Assembly (NCBI GenBank): GCA_035550945.1
Contig: DASZOE010000514.1
Coordinates: forward strand, 1 to 32,547
DNA: 32,547 nt
Direction: 5' to 3'
Source: Acidimicrobiales bacterium
GTDB lineage: Bacteria > Actinomycetota > Acidimicrobiia > Acidimicrobiales > AC-14
Shown here: positions 7,648-16,845 of the stretch, piece by piece
Layout: each line of letters begins with the position of its first letter
Numbering within the stretch: the stretch's first letter is position 1
The notes under the pieces: model-generated
Databases searched by the model: none
What the model saw: only the letters and a program-made list of their open reading frames with translations
What the model was told of the DNA's origin: nothing
Made by a program: the position numbers and the translations under genes

Positions 7648-9609
7648 TCAGCCGCGGGTGAGCACGCCGGCCAGCCGGGAGGCGTTCAGGTGGGCGATGG
7701 CCTCGATGGTGACCATGGGGTTGACACCTGAGGCGCTCGGGAAGGCCGACCCGTCACAGACGTAGACCCCCCGGACGTCCCAGGTCTCGGCCTCGGGATT
7801 GCACGCCGCGTCGGCGGGCGACGAGCCCATCCGGGCCGACCCCATGAGGTGGAACGACAGGAACACGCACCGCCCCGGCCCCCACCCGCAGCGGTCGGCC
7901 GCTTCGAGGAAGCCCTGGCGGCCTCGGCCCCGGCCCGGCCGGTAGCTCGTCCAGTCGGCATGTGCGGAGAACAGCAGTGTGGCGCCGGCCTCCTCGAGCA
8001 CCCGCGCCGCCCCGTCCATTCCGGTACGCACGTGTCCGATGTCGAAGTCGTTGAGCCGGTAGTGGATCACGGGGTCGCCGCGGCGGTCGACCCGGACCTC
8101 GCCCTCGCTGGAATCCCGCAGCAACAGGCCGACGGGGACCATGTGGGCCAGCTGGGCCATGAGCTCCTCGTGCTGGCGCGCCGACCTCCACGGCGCGTAC
8201 ATGGCGAGCACGCTCGGGTGGAAGGGGGCCGACTCCAGCTTCATGCCGTAGCCGCCGTGGAGGTCGGCCAGCTGATCCGAGTAGACGGCCTGCATCACCC
8301 CCGCCCACGGGCGGATCTCCTCTTCGAAGGTTCCGGCGACACCGGTCACGGGATGGAGGCGGAGGTGGCGGCCGATGTTGCGGTTCTCGAGGCCGGAGCG
8401 GCGCAGGAGGGCGGGAGTGTGGATGGCCCCGGCCGCCACCACGACGGCTCGGGCGGTGACCGTCACCTGGTGGCCGTCGCTCGTGCGCGCTTCGACGCCT
8501 CGAGCCCGGCCTTGGGCCACGAGCAACCGCTCGGCGCGCGTGCGCACCAGGATGCGAGCTCCCTGTTGCCAGGCGTCGGCGAGCCACGTCTTGGCCGCCG
8601 ACTGCTTGGCTCCGGCCAGGCAGCCGAAGGGGCTGTAGCCGCACACGGCCTCGTCGCAGCCCCGGACGTTGCGGGGCATGGCGCCCACGTGCCACCCGAG
8701 GGCCTCGAGGCCGCGCCTGATGACCTCCTCCCGCGGGGACGGCCGGCTGTGCTCGGTGGTGACGTCGAGGCGGTCCCACACCGCGTCGAGGCTGCGGGTG
8801 TAGTCGTCGGACGTCATGGCGTCGATGCCGAACGCCGCCCACTCGGCGCGGAGCTCGTCGGGAGTGCGGAACGACGTGGAGAAGTTGACGACCGTCCCCC
8901 CGCCCAGGCAGCTCCCGGCGAAGAGCCCCACGCCCTGGTCGGCGGTGGCCAGGGTGCCGGCGCCGAGGTAGAGGCGCGAGTACCCGTCGAGCTCGGCGCC
9001 GTCGAAGTCGGCGTCGTCGAGGTAGGCGCCCGCCTCGAGCACGACCACGTCGAGGCCGGCACCGGCGAGAACGGCCGCGGCCGTCCCTCCCCCGGCGCCC
9101 GACCCCACCACGCACACGTCGCACCCGAGGGTGGTGTCCCGGTCGACCCGGTGGGGTCGGATCTCCTTCGGGGGGGCGTCGGGCCGCGGCCCGGGCGGTG
9201 CCGGGTAGCCGAGCGCGTCCCACATCGGGTTGGTGCCGCCCTCCGTCGGGAGGATGTAGGACAGGGTGGTGACCGCCTTCCTGAGCGCCTGGAAGGCGGC
9301 CCGGCGCTGGGGGATGCGGCTGTCGCACCAGGAGAGCAGGACGCGTTCCCGTTCCTCCTGGGAGAGGTCGGCGAAGCGGTGGAAGCCCCCGCCGCCGGCC
9401 AGCGTCAGGGCCCGGCTACCCCAGAGGGAGAGCAGCGCCTCGAGCTGCCGGCGGTCGCCGAGCCGGAGGTTGGCTTCGGCCATCGAAAGGAAGGCGTCGG
9501 GGACGCCGAGGAGGCTGGCCGAGGGTCGGCCGTCCGACCCGGGCACGAAGGTGTCGCAGATCTCCGCCAGGGCCTGCCGGCGCCGGGTGCCGCGAGCCGA
9601 GGGGGGCAT
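7648..9609 (-). CDS. FAD-dependent GMC-family oxidoreductase with a long-chain-alcohol-oxidase-like N-terminal extension
   Basis: 653 aa. Rossmann motif DVCVVGSGAGGGTAAAVLAGAGLDVVVLEAG. C-terminal GMC motif HLMGSARMG...VYVCDGSAFPSASGVNP. The N-terminal ~170 aa resemble fatty-alcohol-oxidase-type extensions (from memory). Confidence 0.85.
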   Translation of the reverse strand: MPPSARGTRRRQALAEICDTFVPGSDGRPSASLLGVPDAFLSMAEANLRLGDRRQLEALLSLWGSRALTLAGGGGFHRFADLSQEERERVLLSWCDSRIPQRRAAFQALRKAVTTLSYILPTEGGTNPMWDALGYPAPPGPRPDAPPKEIRPHRVDRDTTLGCDVCVVGSGAGGGTAAAVLAGAGLDVVVLEAGAYLDDADFDGAELDGYSRLYLGAGTLATADQGVGLFAGSCLGGGTVVNFSTSFRTPDELRAEWAAFGIDAMTSDDYTRSLDAVWDRLDVTTEHSRPSPREEVIRRGLEALGWHVGAMPRNVRGCDEAVCGYSPFGCLAGAKQSAAKTWLADAWQQGARILVRTRAERLLVAQGRARGVEARTSDGHQVTVTARAVVVAAGAIHTPALLRRSGLENRNIGRHLRLHPVTGVAGTFEEEIRPWAGVMQAVYSDQLADLHGGYGMKLESAPFHPSVLAMYAPWRSARQHEELMAQLAHMVPVGLLLRDSSEGEVRVDRRGDPVIHYRLNDFDIGHVRTGMDGAARVLEEAGATLLFSAHADWTSYRPGRGRGRQGFLEAADRCGWGPGRCVFLSFHLMGSARMGSSPADAACNPEAETWDVRGVYVCDGSAFPSASGVNPMVTIEAIAHLNASRLAGVLTRG

Positions 9610-9722
9610 GGGTCCATTGTCTCCCCGGCCGTCGAGGGCTCGCCATGTCGGCGTTGACGGCGAACGTACGTTCGACTAGTCTGTTGGCAGACGCCTCGGG
9701 GCCGGCGACAGGCCCTTCCCTT

Positions 9723-9752
9723 GACGAACGGCGACGAACGGCGACGAACGGC
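9723..9752. repeat. Three perfect tandem copies of the 10-bp unit GACGAACGGC
   Basis: Read directly: GACGAACGGC GACGAACGGC GACGAACGGC. It starts inside a TTGACG (-35-like) hexamer at 9721-9726 and ends 18 nt before the GTG of the DUF222/HNH gene (GGAGG at 9760-9764). Confidence 0.9.
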
Positions 9753-9769
9753 CGGGGTCGGGAGGTGTC

Positions 9770-10903
9770 GTGGCCGCAACGCTACTGGAGCTGGCTGCGG
9801 CCTTGCGCGCCGCGGTGGCCGCTTTCGATCCGTCGCTCGTCTCCGGCGACGATGCGGCCCTGGTTGCCGAGCAACTGGCGGTCACCGAGAAGGCGTGTGC
9901 TGCGGGCCGGGCCCGCGCTGCCGTACGGGCGGCCGAGTGCCGCAGCCACGAGCGGCGCGGCTTCGCGGCCGCCGCCGAGTGGCTTGCCCGGGCCACGGGG
10001 TCGACGCCGGGCGACGCCCAAGCGGCCATGGCGACGGCGTCGGTTGTAGGTCGGGAGACGCCGGCGGGCGCCGCCCTCGCCGAGGGTGCGCTGTCCCTCG
10101 AGCAGGCCCAGGTGATCGCCCGTACCGAGGCCGAGTGCCCGGGCAGTGAAGGCGAGTTGGTGCAGCTGGCCCGGCAGTCGTCGTTGGCCAAGCTGCACGA
10201 CGAGGGCCGTCGCCGGCGCCTGGTGGCCGCCGATCCCGACCAGCTCCACCGTCGCCACCACCGTGCCCGTGAGTTCCGTCACTGGCGCGACGCCGAGGGC
10301 ATGATCCGGTTGGCGGGCGCGCTGCCGCCCGAGGTCGGCGTGCCGCTGATGAACCGCCTCGACGACGAGACCGACCGCATCCGCCGTTCCGCGAGCGAGC
10401 GCGAGCCCCACGCCGCCCACGCCGCCGACGCCCTCGTGGCGATGACGAACGGAGCGGGCACCGGCAAGCGTTCGTCCGCCGACCTCGTGCTGGTCTGCGA
10501 CCTCGGCGCCTACCGCCGTGGTCACGCTGACGACGGCGAGCCGTGCCACATCGTCGGAGGCGGTCCGGTGCCGGTGTCGCTGGCCCGCCGGTTAGGTGCG
10601 GACGCCTTCGTGAAGGCGGTTCTCCACGACGGCGTGCGGATCGAGACGGTGGCTCACTTCGGGCGGCACATCCCCGCCGAGCTTCGCACCGCGCTCGAGC
10701 TCGGTCCTCCGCCGCACTTCGATGGCGTCGAGTGTGACGAGCCCGGCTGCGGCCGCCGCTACGGGCTGGAGTGGGACCACGTCGATCCCGTCGCCAATGG
10801 CGGCCCGACGTCCTACGACAACCTACGCGCCCGCTGCTGGCCGCATCACCGGGCGAAGACCGAACGGGACCGCCGAGCCGGCCTCCTGGGCGCCCCCCCG
10901 TAG
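9770..10903 (+). CDS. DUF222 + HNH endonuclease domain protein (REP13E12-family-like)
   Basis: 377 aa. The Ala/Arg-rich helical N-terminal region is typical of DUF222. C-terminal HNH motif YGLEWDHVDPVANGGPTSYDNLRARCWPHHRAKT. Confidence 0.85.
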   Translation: MAATLLELAAALRAAVAAFDPSLVSGDDAALVAEQLAVTEKACAAGRARAAVRAAECRSHERRGFAAAAEWLARATGSTPGDAQAAMATASVVGRETPAGAALAEGALSLEQAQVIARTEAECPGSEGELVQLARQSSLAKLHDEGRRRRLVAADPDQLHRRHHRAREFRHWRDAEGMIRLAGALPPEVGVPLMNRLDDETDRIRRSASEREPHAAHAADALVAMTNGAGTGKRSSADLVLVCDLGAYRRGHADDGEPCHIVGGGPVPVSLARRLGADAFVKAVLHDGVRIETVAHFGRHIPAELRTALELGPPPHFDGVECDEPGCGRRYGLEWDHVDPVANGGPTSYDNLRARCWPHHRAKTERDRRAGLLGAPP

Positions 10904-10939
10904 CGTCACTCGCGTGGTGCGGCGCAGACGGTCGCCGCC

Positions 10940-11351
10940 GCGGCCCGCCGACCGGCGGACCCGGGCGACGGGGTGAGGTTCGCCCGTGACGCGCTGGCCA
11001 GGTGCCGGCGCCACGACGGCCGCCCGTGGGATGAGGCCGAGGGACGCTCGAGGACCTGCAGCCGGTCACCACGCCAGAGGGGCTCGGCGTCGCCATCTCC
11101 GAGGTGCGCGGGGCCGCCCACTGGGGCCGACCGAGACACTCGGCGAATACGCTGCCGCGGCCCTGCAGCACTCCGAGGTGGCCGACGCCCGGCTCGAGGA
11201 AGCGGCTGCCATCGTGACCCGGGCGGCATTCGGAGCCCAGGCCGTGAGCGACGGCGAGCGGGCGTTCGCCGACGGCGTCCTGGAGGAGCTCTCCTCCTCA
11301 GCGGGCGCAGCGCAGGGCCCCGAACGGGCCCGGGTCGGACCGGCGCCATGA
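10940..11351 (+). pseudogene. Possible frameshifted 3' remnant of a DUF4129-like gene
   Basis: The tail of ORF 10986..11351 reads ETLGEYAAAALQHSEVADARLEEAAAIVTRAAFGAQAVSDGERAFADGVLEEL. This resembles the ET.rEya....l..l...ye.a.yg C-terminal pattern of DUF4129/transglutaminase-associated proteins. Upstream, high-GC3 coding-like signal hops between all three + frames (about 10940-11045, 11046-11125, 11126-11351). No N-terminal part exists. Weak, memory-based call. Confidence 0.3.
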
Positions 11352-11694
11352 TCTCGCCGACGAGGCGCGAAGGTCGTGCGAGCTCGGCCGGCAGCGAGTG
11401 GCACCCTGCATCCCCGAGGAGGGCGGACCCGCTCGACACGTCACGCTGATCTCGTCCACGCCCTTCAACACGGGCGTGGTTTCCCCCGCATGGGCCCGAC
11501 CCGAACCGCCGGCGGGCTCGTACGACGAGGCGAAGGAGAGCCTTTGCCCAGGAGTGAGCCCAGCAGGGGTCGGTGGGCTACTCGCTGCCGATCAGCATCG
11601 AGGACGGGATGCGGTCATCTCCGCCCACCGGGCCGCTCCTCGGCGCGAGCATGGTGTGTCAGCACCGGCTCTGCGCTTCTCGGACTGCGACCTC

Positions 11695-13053
11695 TCACCT
11701 GCCGCAACGCACCCGGACGGAACGACCTGATGGCGAGACAGAGGGTCCATCGTCCTCCGCCACGGTGCACGTATCGCCTGGACTTGGTTCTGCCGCCGGG
11801 ACGGCACGAGCCCGACGGAGTTGCCTCGCCTTCCGGGCCTGCGTCACCACGGCGGCCAGGGCCCCGACGCCGATGCAGCTGGCGACGTCGAACGGTGCGC
11901 GCATGCGAGGGGTGGCGACCGTGACCGCGCTCAGCGCCGTGAACACCACCGCGGCGAGGACGAGTGGCCCGATGCCTCGGCCCCTCATTGCCCAGAGCCC
12001 GGCCATCCCCAGAAGGGACACGTAGCCCACGAGGGGGACGCTCAGGTGCTGCAGCGTCAGGTTGCGACCGTCGCGGCTCTCGGCGATGTCGTTGCGGCCG
12101 GCCTTGGGCTCGAACATGTTCTTGAGGCCGCCGGGCGCGATCCGGAGAACATGGCGGGGGTCGCGGCGGATCTCGGTCAGGGCGTGGCGCCGGAAGGCCG
12201 CATCCAGGTCCGCCTCGTTCGAGATGCCCGCTCTCAGGTCGGCAAAGCGGGGGTCGAAGAAGCCGTCGACGAACCCGCCTGACGCCTTGGCCTCGGGCGA
12301 GTAGATGGCGTTCAGGTTGAAACCGTTCGACGTCACCACCACCGGGGTGCCGAGGCGCTGCCAGTTCCGGATCACCCAGGGGGCGACGACCAGCGTCAGG
12401 CACACCCCGAAGGACAGGGCCCGACGCCAACCCAGTCGCCACAGGACCCATCCGGCGAGGACGACGACGAACACCTGAGCACTCGGACGGGTGAGCACCA
12501 GAAGCCCGGTCGCGGCGCCGGCCCACGCCGCCCTCCCGTCGAGCAGCAGCAGCACGACGGCCAGCAAGAGCAGCAATCCCAGGGGCTCGCTCAGCGGAGG
12601 GCCGTCGTTGAAGACCAGCGGTGGGTACACGGCCGTCACGATTCCCGTGACCACGCCCGCCGTCCGGCCGGCCAGGCGCCAGGCCGTCAGCGCCGCCAGC
12701 ACGACGACCCCCGTGCCCAAGACCACGTTGAGCGCCTCCGCCGCGCCCAGCCTGGGACCGGTGATCGCGTACACGCCGCCCAGCAACAAGGGGTAGAGCG
12801 GGGGCCTGAAGGCGGTGGCGTGGGGGTAGCCGAAGGGAAAGTCGTGCACCATGCCCCGGCCGTCGGCGATCGCGGTGGCCAGCGAGTGGTAGTGCCCGGC
12901 ATCGCTGACGGGCACGTAGCGGCGGAGCACGATCACCACGTAGAGCACTCGCACGACCAGCGCGCCGAGTCCTACCGCGAGCAGCCACCAGACCCGCCCG
13001 CTGTTCGGCGCCCCGAACGTGCGCCGGAGCCGGGAGAAGTGGGGCCGCCCCAC
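11695..13053 (-). CDS. GT-C fold membrane glycosyltransferase, PMT/ArnT-like (GT39/GT83-type), paralogue 1
   Basis: 452 aa, about 10 or more TM. Loop-1 motif VSDAGHYH followed by FRPPLYPLLLG and VYPPLVFNDGPPLSEPLG, typical of PMT_2/ArnT-like polyprenyl-phosphate-sugar transferases. The C-terminal ~50 aa are low-complexity with poorer GC3, so the true stop may once have been earlier. Confidence 0.75.
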   Translation of the reverse strand: MGRPHFSRLRRTFGAPNSGRVWWLLAVGLGALVVRVLYVVIVLRRYVPVSDAGHYHSLATAIADGRGMVHDFPFGYPHATAFRPPLYPLLLGGVYAITGPRLGAAEALNVVLGTGVVVLAALTAWRLAGRTAGVVTGIVTAVYPPLVFNDGPPLSEPLGLLLLLAVVLLLLDGRAAWAGAATGLLVLTRPSAQVFVVVLAGWVLWRLGWRRALSFGVCLTLVVAPWVIRNWQRLGTPVVVTSNGFNLNAIYSPEAKASGGFVDGFFDPRFADLRAGISNEADLDAAFRRHALTEIRRDPRHVLRIAPGGLKNMFEPKAGRNDIAESRDGRNLTLQHLSVPLVGYVSLLGMAGLWAMRGRGIGPLVLAAVVFTALSAVTVATPRMRAPFDVASCIGVGALAAVVTQARKARQLRRARAVPAAEPSPGDTCTVAEDDGPSVSPSGRSVRVRCGR

Positions 13054-13133
13054 GGCGCGTCAACCTATCCGGCGCATCCGACTCTGCCGCCGGCACTCGA
13101 CGGAGCGGTGTCGGTGCAGCACCCTGGAGGCTC

Positions 13134-14417
13134 ATGACCCACGCCCGGCGGTCCGAGGCTCGGGGAGACGCCACCGACCTCGACCGCCTCGGCGCCCGGA
13201 TCGCCGATCTCAAGGGCCGCTACGTGCCGGTGCCGCCCGCGTCCACCGCGGCCGTGACCGAGGCTCGGCCTGAGGGCGAGCGGGTACCGCGGCCGAGGCA
13301 CCGCGAGGCCATCGACCTCCTGGTGCTCTTCCTCGTGACCAGGGCCGTCCTCGTGGCCATCGGGCTCGTCTCGCGCCAGCTCTTCACCGGCCCCGTGCTT
13401 CGCCCCCGGCCGCTGGGAGTGGGCCCGTCGTTCTCGGGCTTCTCCTTTCTCGACATGTGGGGTCAATGGGACAGCTCGTGGTACCTGAGCATCGCCGAGT
13501 ACGGCTACAAGCCCGAGCTGCTGGAAGGTGCCCTGGCCAACTACGGCTTCTTCCCGCTGTACCCGCTCCTCGCCCGCTGGGTGGGATGGGCGGCCGGGAG
13601 CGCCTACCTGGGCGGCCTCGTCGTGTCCAACACGGCCTTCCTCGTCGCCTGTGTCTACCTCTACCGCCTGGTGGCGATCGACGACGGCTCGGCCACGGCC
13701 CGGCGAGTCGTGATCTACCTCTTCGCCTCGCCCGCCGGGTTCCTCTTCTCGGCGATGCTCACGGAGTCGCTCTACCTGGCGCTGGTGGTCATGTGCTTCT
13801 ACTTCGCCCGCACCCGGCGATGGTGGGCGGTGGGCCTGCTCGGCTTTGCGCTGGCGCTCTCCCGCGGCCCCGGCGTGTGGGCCGCCATCCCGCTGCTTTG
13901 GATGTACATGCAGGAACGCCGCTTCTCACTGCGCCGGGTCCGGCCCGACGTCTTGTGGTTCGCCTTGTTCCCCGCAGGGGTGGCCGTCTTCATGCTCGTG
14001 AACGAGGTCGTCACCGGGGACGCCCTGTCCTTCATCCGCATCCAGGCCACGGGCTGGGGCCACCACCTCCAGAACCCGCTCTCCGCCCTGTGGCAGGCCG
14101 TTTCGGATCCCAGCGTGTACGTGCGCTTCAACGCCTGGTTCATGGTCGGCGTCGTGGTCCTGACCGTCGTCCTCCTCAAGCGGTTCGGCGTGGCCTACGC
14201 CCTCTTCGTGGTGATCTCCGTGTTGATGCCACTGTCCTACGGCGTTCCGTGGGGGGCGATGGTGCGCTACACCGTGGTCATCTTTCCCTTCTACATCGCC
14301 GCCGCCCGGGCCACGGCGTCGAGGCCCGGTGTGCACCAGGCCGTCATCGTCGCCATGGCGCTACTGCAAGGGTTCCTGATGAGCCAGTGGGTCACCAACT
14401 CCCTGTTGTTGATCTGA
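13134..14417 (+). CDS. Polytopic membrane glycosyltransferase, PIG-V/mannosyltransferase-2-like (GT-C)
   Basis: 427 aa. WGQWDSSWYLSIAEYGY ... NYGFFPLYPLLARW matches the signature of bacterial PIG-V-like mannosyltransferase family proteins (from memory). GGAGG lies just upstream of the ATG at 13134. Confidence 0.65.
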   Translation: MTHARRSEARGDATDLDRLGARIADLKGRYVPVPPASTAAVTEARPEGERVPRPRHREAIDLLVLFLVTRAVLVAIGLVSRQLFTGPVLRPRPLGVGPSFSGFSFLDMWGQWDSSWYLSIAEYGYKPELLEGALANYGFFPLYPLLARWVGWAAGSAYLGGLVVSNTAFLVACVYLYRLVAIDDGSATARRVVIYLFASPAGFLFSAMLTESLYLALVVMCFYFARTRRWWAVGLLGFALALSRGPGVWAAIPLLWMYMQERRFSLRRVRPDVLWFALFPAGVAVFMLVNEVVTGDALSFIRIQATGWGHHLQNPLSALWQAVSDPSVYVRFNAWFMVGVVVLTVVLLKRFGVAYALFVVISVLMPLSYGVPWGAMVRYTVVIFPFYIAAARATASRPGVHQAVIVAMALLQGFLMSQWVTNSLLLI

Positions 14418-14474
14418 AGCTCGCCGCCGCCGGGCTTCCCGGGGAGGCGACCCACGGGTAACGTCCTGGCGACC

Positions 14475-15461
14475 GTGACGAGCGCCAACGCCGACAACCC
14501 TGCGTTGAAGATCGCCCGTGGCGGCGCGGGCGGAGATGGCCAGGAGGGCGAGGCCCGTCGCGTCGAGGTCGCCGAGACGACACCGCCGTTGTCCTTCGCC
14601 GGCCTGCTCCGCACCGCCCGCCCTCGGCACTGGGTGAAGAACCTGCTCGTCTTCGCGGCACCGGGGGCGGCAGGGCTGCTCACCGATCCGAGCGCCGTCG
14701 CGGTGGCGGCGGGAGCCTTCGCCGTCTTCTGCCTCGCCGCCAGCGGCACCTACTTCCTCAACGACGCCATCAACGTCGATGCCGACCGCCTCCACCCCAC
14801 GAAACGGCGGCGACCCGTCGCCACGGGCGCCGTGGGCGTGCGTCTGGCCACGGTGGTGGGCGGGGTGCTCCTGCTCGGCAGCATCGTCCTCGCCCTGCCC
14901 CTCGCCGGCTGGACGCTCGCCTTGGTGGTCGCCGTCTACGCCGGCCTCCAGCCCCTCTACAGCGTGTGGCTGCGGAACGTGCCCGTCGTCGACCTGGTGA
15001 CGGTGGCCGCCGGTTTCGTGCTCCGGGCCGTCGCCGGCGCCGTCGCGGTGGGCGTGCCGATCTCCCACTGGTTCCTTCTGGTCACGTCCTTCGGCTCGCT
15101 GTTCCTGGTCTCCGGCAAGCGCAGCGCCGAACACATGGACCTGGGCGAGGAACGGGCCCGTCACCGTGCGACTCTGGGTGACTACTCGCTGGGGTTCCTC
15201 CACCACGTGAGGTCGGTGTCGGCCTCGGTGGCCGTCGGGGCCTATTGCCTGTGGGCGTTCGAGCGGGGGGCGGGGGCCCCGGCCGCCGTCTGGTTCCAGC
15301 TCTCGATCGTCCCCTTCGTGCTCGTCAACCTCCGCTACGTCCAGCTGCTCGACGCCGGACGGGGGGGGTGTCCCGAGGAGCTCGTCTTCGAGGACCGCGT
15401 CCTCCAGGTGCTCGGGCTCCTGTGGCTGACGAGCGTCGCGGTGGCCATCCATGGCGGCTGA
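14475..15461 (+). CDS. ubiA: Decaprenyl-phosphate phosphoribosyltransferase (UbiA-family DPPR synthase, Rv3806c-like)
   Basis: RPRHWVKNLLVFAAPGAAGLL resembles Rv3806c IRPRQWVKNVLVLAAP. The UbiA Asp-rich motif is YFLNDAINVDADRLHPTKRRRPVATG. Located directly upstream of dprE1/dprE2. Confidence 0.85.
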   Translation: MTSANADNPALKIARGGAGGDGQEGEARRVEVAETTPPLSFAGLLRTARPRHWVKNLLVFAAPGAAGLLTDPSAVAVAAGAFAVFCLAASGTYFLNDAINVDADRLHPTKRRRPVATGAVGVRLATVVGGVLLLGSIVLALPLAGWTLALVVAVYAGLQPLYSVWLRNVPVVDLVTVAAGFVLRAVAGAVAVGVPISHWFLLVTSFGSLFLVSGKRSAEHMDLGEERARHRATLGDYSLGFLHHVRSVSASVAVGAYCLWAFERGAGAPAAVWFQLSIVPFVLVNLRYVQLLDAGRGGCPEELVFEDRVLQVLGLLWLTSVAVAIHGG

Positions 15462-16845
15462 GCCCGGCAGCGGACGACTCGTCACCGAGCTGCTCACCGG
15501 GTGGGGCCGGACGGCGCCGTCGCGGGCGTCGGTCGCCCGTCCCGCCCACCTCGAGGAGGTTCACGCCGTTCTCGGCGACCCACCCAGCCGCGGCGCCATC
15601 GCCCGGGGGCTGGGTCGCAGCTACGGCGACGCCGCCCAGTGCGCCGGCGGCACGGTGATCGACGTCACCGGGATGGCCAAGGTTCGCGGCTTCGACGGGG
15701 AGCGGGGGGTGGTCCGGGTCGATGCCGGCATCAGCCTGGGCGAGCTCACCCGCCTCGTCCTGCCGCTCGGCTGGTTCCCCCCCGTCGTGCCCGGCACCCG
15801 CCACGTCACCGTCGGGGGCGCGGTGGCCGCCGACATCCACGGCAAGAACCACCACGTGGACGGCAGCTTCTGTGACCACGTCGAGGGCTTCACCCTGCTC
15901 ACGCCCACGGGGACGGTCGAGGTCACGCCGGACTCCGAGCCCGACCTGTTCTGGGCGACGGCGGGGGGGATGGGCCTGACCGGCGTGGTCGGGGAGGTCA
16001 CCATTCGTCTCCAGCCCGTAGAGACCGCCTTCGTGCGTGTGGACACCGAGCGGGCGTGCGACCTCGACGACGCCCTGGCCCGGATGGAAGAGGGTGACCA
16101 TCGCTACCGCTATTCGGTGGCGTGGATCGACTGCCTGGCTCGGGGTGCGTCCCTGGGGCGCGCCGTGCTGACCCGGGGAGGGCATGCCAGCCTCGACGAC
16201 CTACCCGTCAAGGTGCGGCCAAAGGCGCTCCGCGCCGAGCCGAGGGTCGTCGGCACCGCGCCACCCTGGGCACCTCAGGGGCTCCTGAACCAAGCCTCGG
16301 TGCGGGCCTTCAACACTGTCTGGTTCCACAGGGCCCCTTCCCTCGAGCGCGGCCGCCTCCAACCCCTTCACCGCTTCTTCCACCCCCTCGACGCGGTGCA
16401 GGGGTGGAACCGCGTCTACGGCGAGCGCGGCTTCGTCCAGTACCAGTTCGTCGTGCCGGTGGGCCAGGAGCGGGCTCTGGCCCACGCCGTCGAGCGCCTG
16501 AGCGCGACCCGGTGCCCCTCGTTCCTCGCCGTTCTGAAGCGGTTCGGCGGCCACAACGACGGCCCTCTCTCCTTCCCCATGGCCGGGTGGACGCTCGCCC
16601 TCGACCTCCAGGTCGGCCCGCCTCGCGTCGGGCCCGTCCTGGACGAGCTCGACGAGGTGGTAGCCGAGGCCGGAGGCCGCGTCTACCTGGCCAAGGACGC
16701 CCGACTGCGCCCGGAGCTGCTGCCGGTGATGTACCCCCGCCTGGACGAGTGGCGCCGCGTGCAGGCCAAGGTCGACCCGACGGGCGTGCTGCGGTCCGAC
16801 CTGGCCCGCCGGCTCGGGCTCGTGGAACGGCAGGGTGTCGGGTGA
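15451..16845 (+). CDS. dprE1: Decaprenylphosphoryl-beta-D-ribose 2'-oxidase DprE1 (FAD)
   Basis: 464 aa, colinear with M. tuberculosis Rv3790 as I recall it: LTGWGRTAPS, IARGLGRSYGDAAQ, VTVGGAVAADIHGKNHH, LFWATAGGMGLTG, FFHPLD..GWNRVYG..GFVQYQFVVP, YLAKDARL, MYPRLDEW..V..KVDP. The ATG at 15451 overlaps the ubiA 3' end by 11 nt. Confidence 0.9.
   Translation: MAAEPGSGRLVTELLTGWGRTAPSRASVARPAHLEEVHAVLGDPPSRGAIARGLGRSYGDAAQCAGGTVIDVTGMAKVRGFDGERGVVRVDAGISLGELTRLVLPLGWFPPVVPGTRHVTVGGAVAADIHGKNHHVDGSFCDHVEGFTLLTPTGTVEVTPDSEPDLFWATAGGMGLTGVVGEVTIRLQPVETAFVRVDTERACDLDDALARMEEGDHRYRYSVAWIDCLARGASLGRAVLTRGGHASLDDLPVKVRPKALRAEPRVVGTAPPWAPQGLLNQASVRAFNTVWFHRAPSLERGRLQPLHRFFHPLDAVQGWNRVYGERGFVQYQFVVPVGQERALAHAVERLSATRCPSFLAVLKRFGGHNDGPLSFPMAGWTLALDLQVGPPRVGPVLDELDEVVAEAGGRVYLAKDARLRPELLPVMYPRLDEWRRVQAKVDPTGVLRSDLARRLGLVERQGVG

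Noticed and set aside
11352-11694. Candidate riboswitch or small RNA in the lower-GC non-coding stretch (short hairpins such as AGCCCA-N11-TGGGCT, and the palindrome CCGCCGGCGG).
   Set aside because: I could not match it to any riboswitch consensus I know, for example ydaO, SAM or TPP. It lies between convergent 3' ends rather than in a 5' leader. I left it as unexplained sequence inside the decayed-region finding.
16122-16841. N-terminal 240-codon extension of the dprE2 ORF. The same kind of extension occurs for 4645..5013 (permease), 29788..30024 (pncB), 19700..19843 (HAD) and 1211..1339 (antitoxin).
   Set aside because: These extensions overlap the preceding well-supported gene or intergenic DNA and have Arg/Pro-rich composition. 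Internal starts reproduce the N-termini of known homologues and give typical 4-nt or short overlaps.
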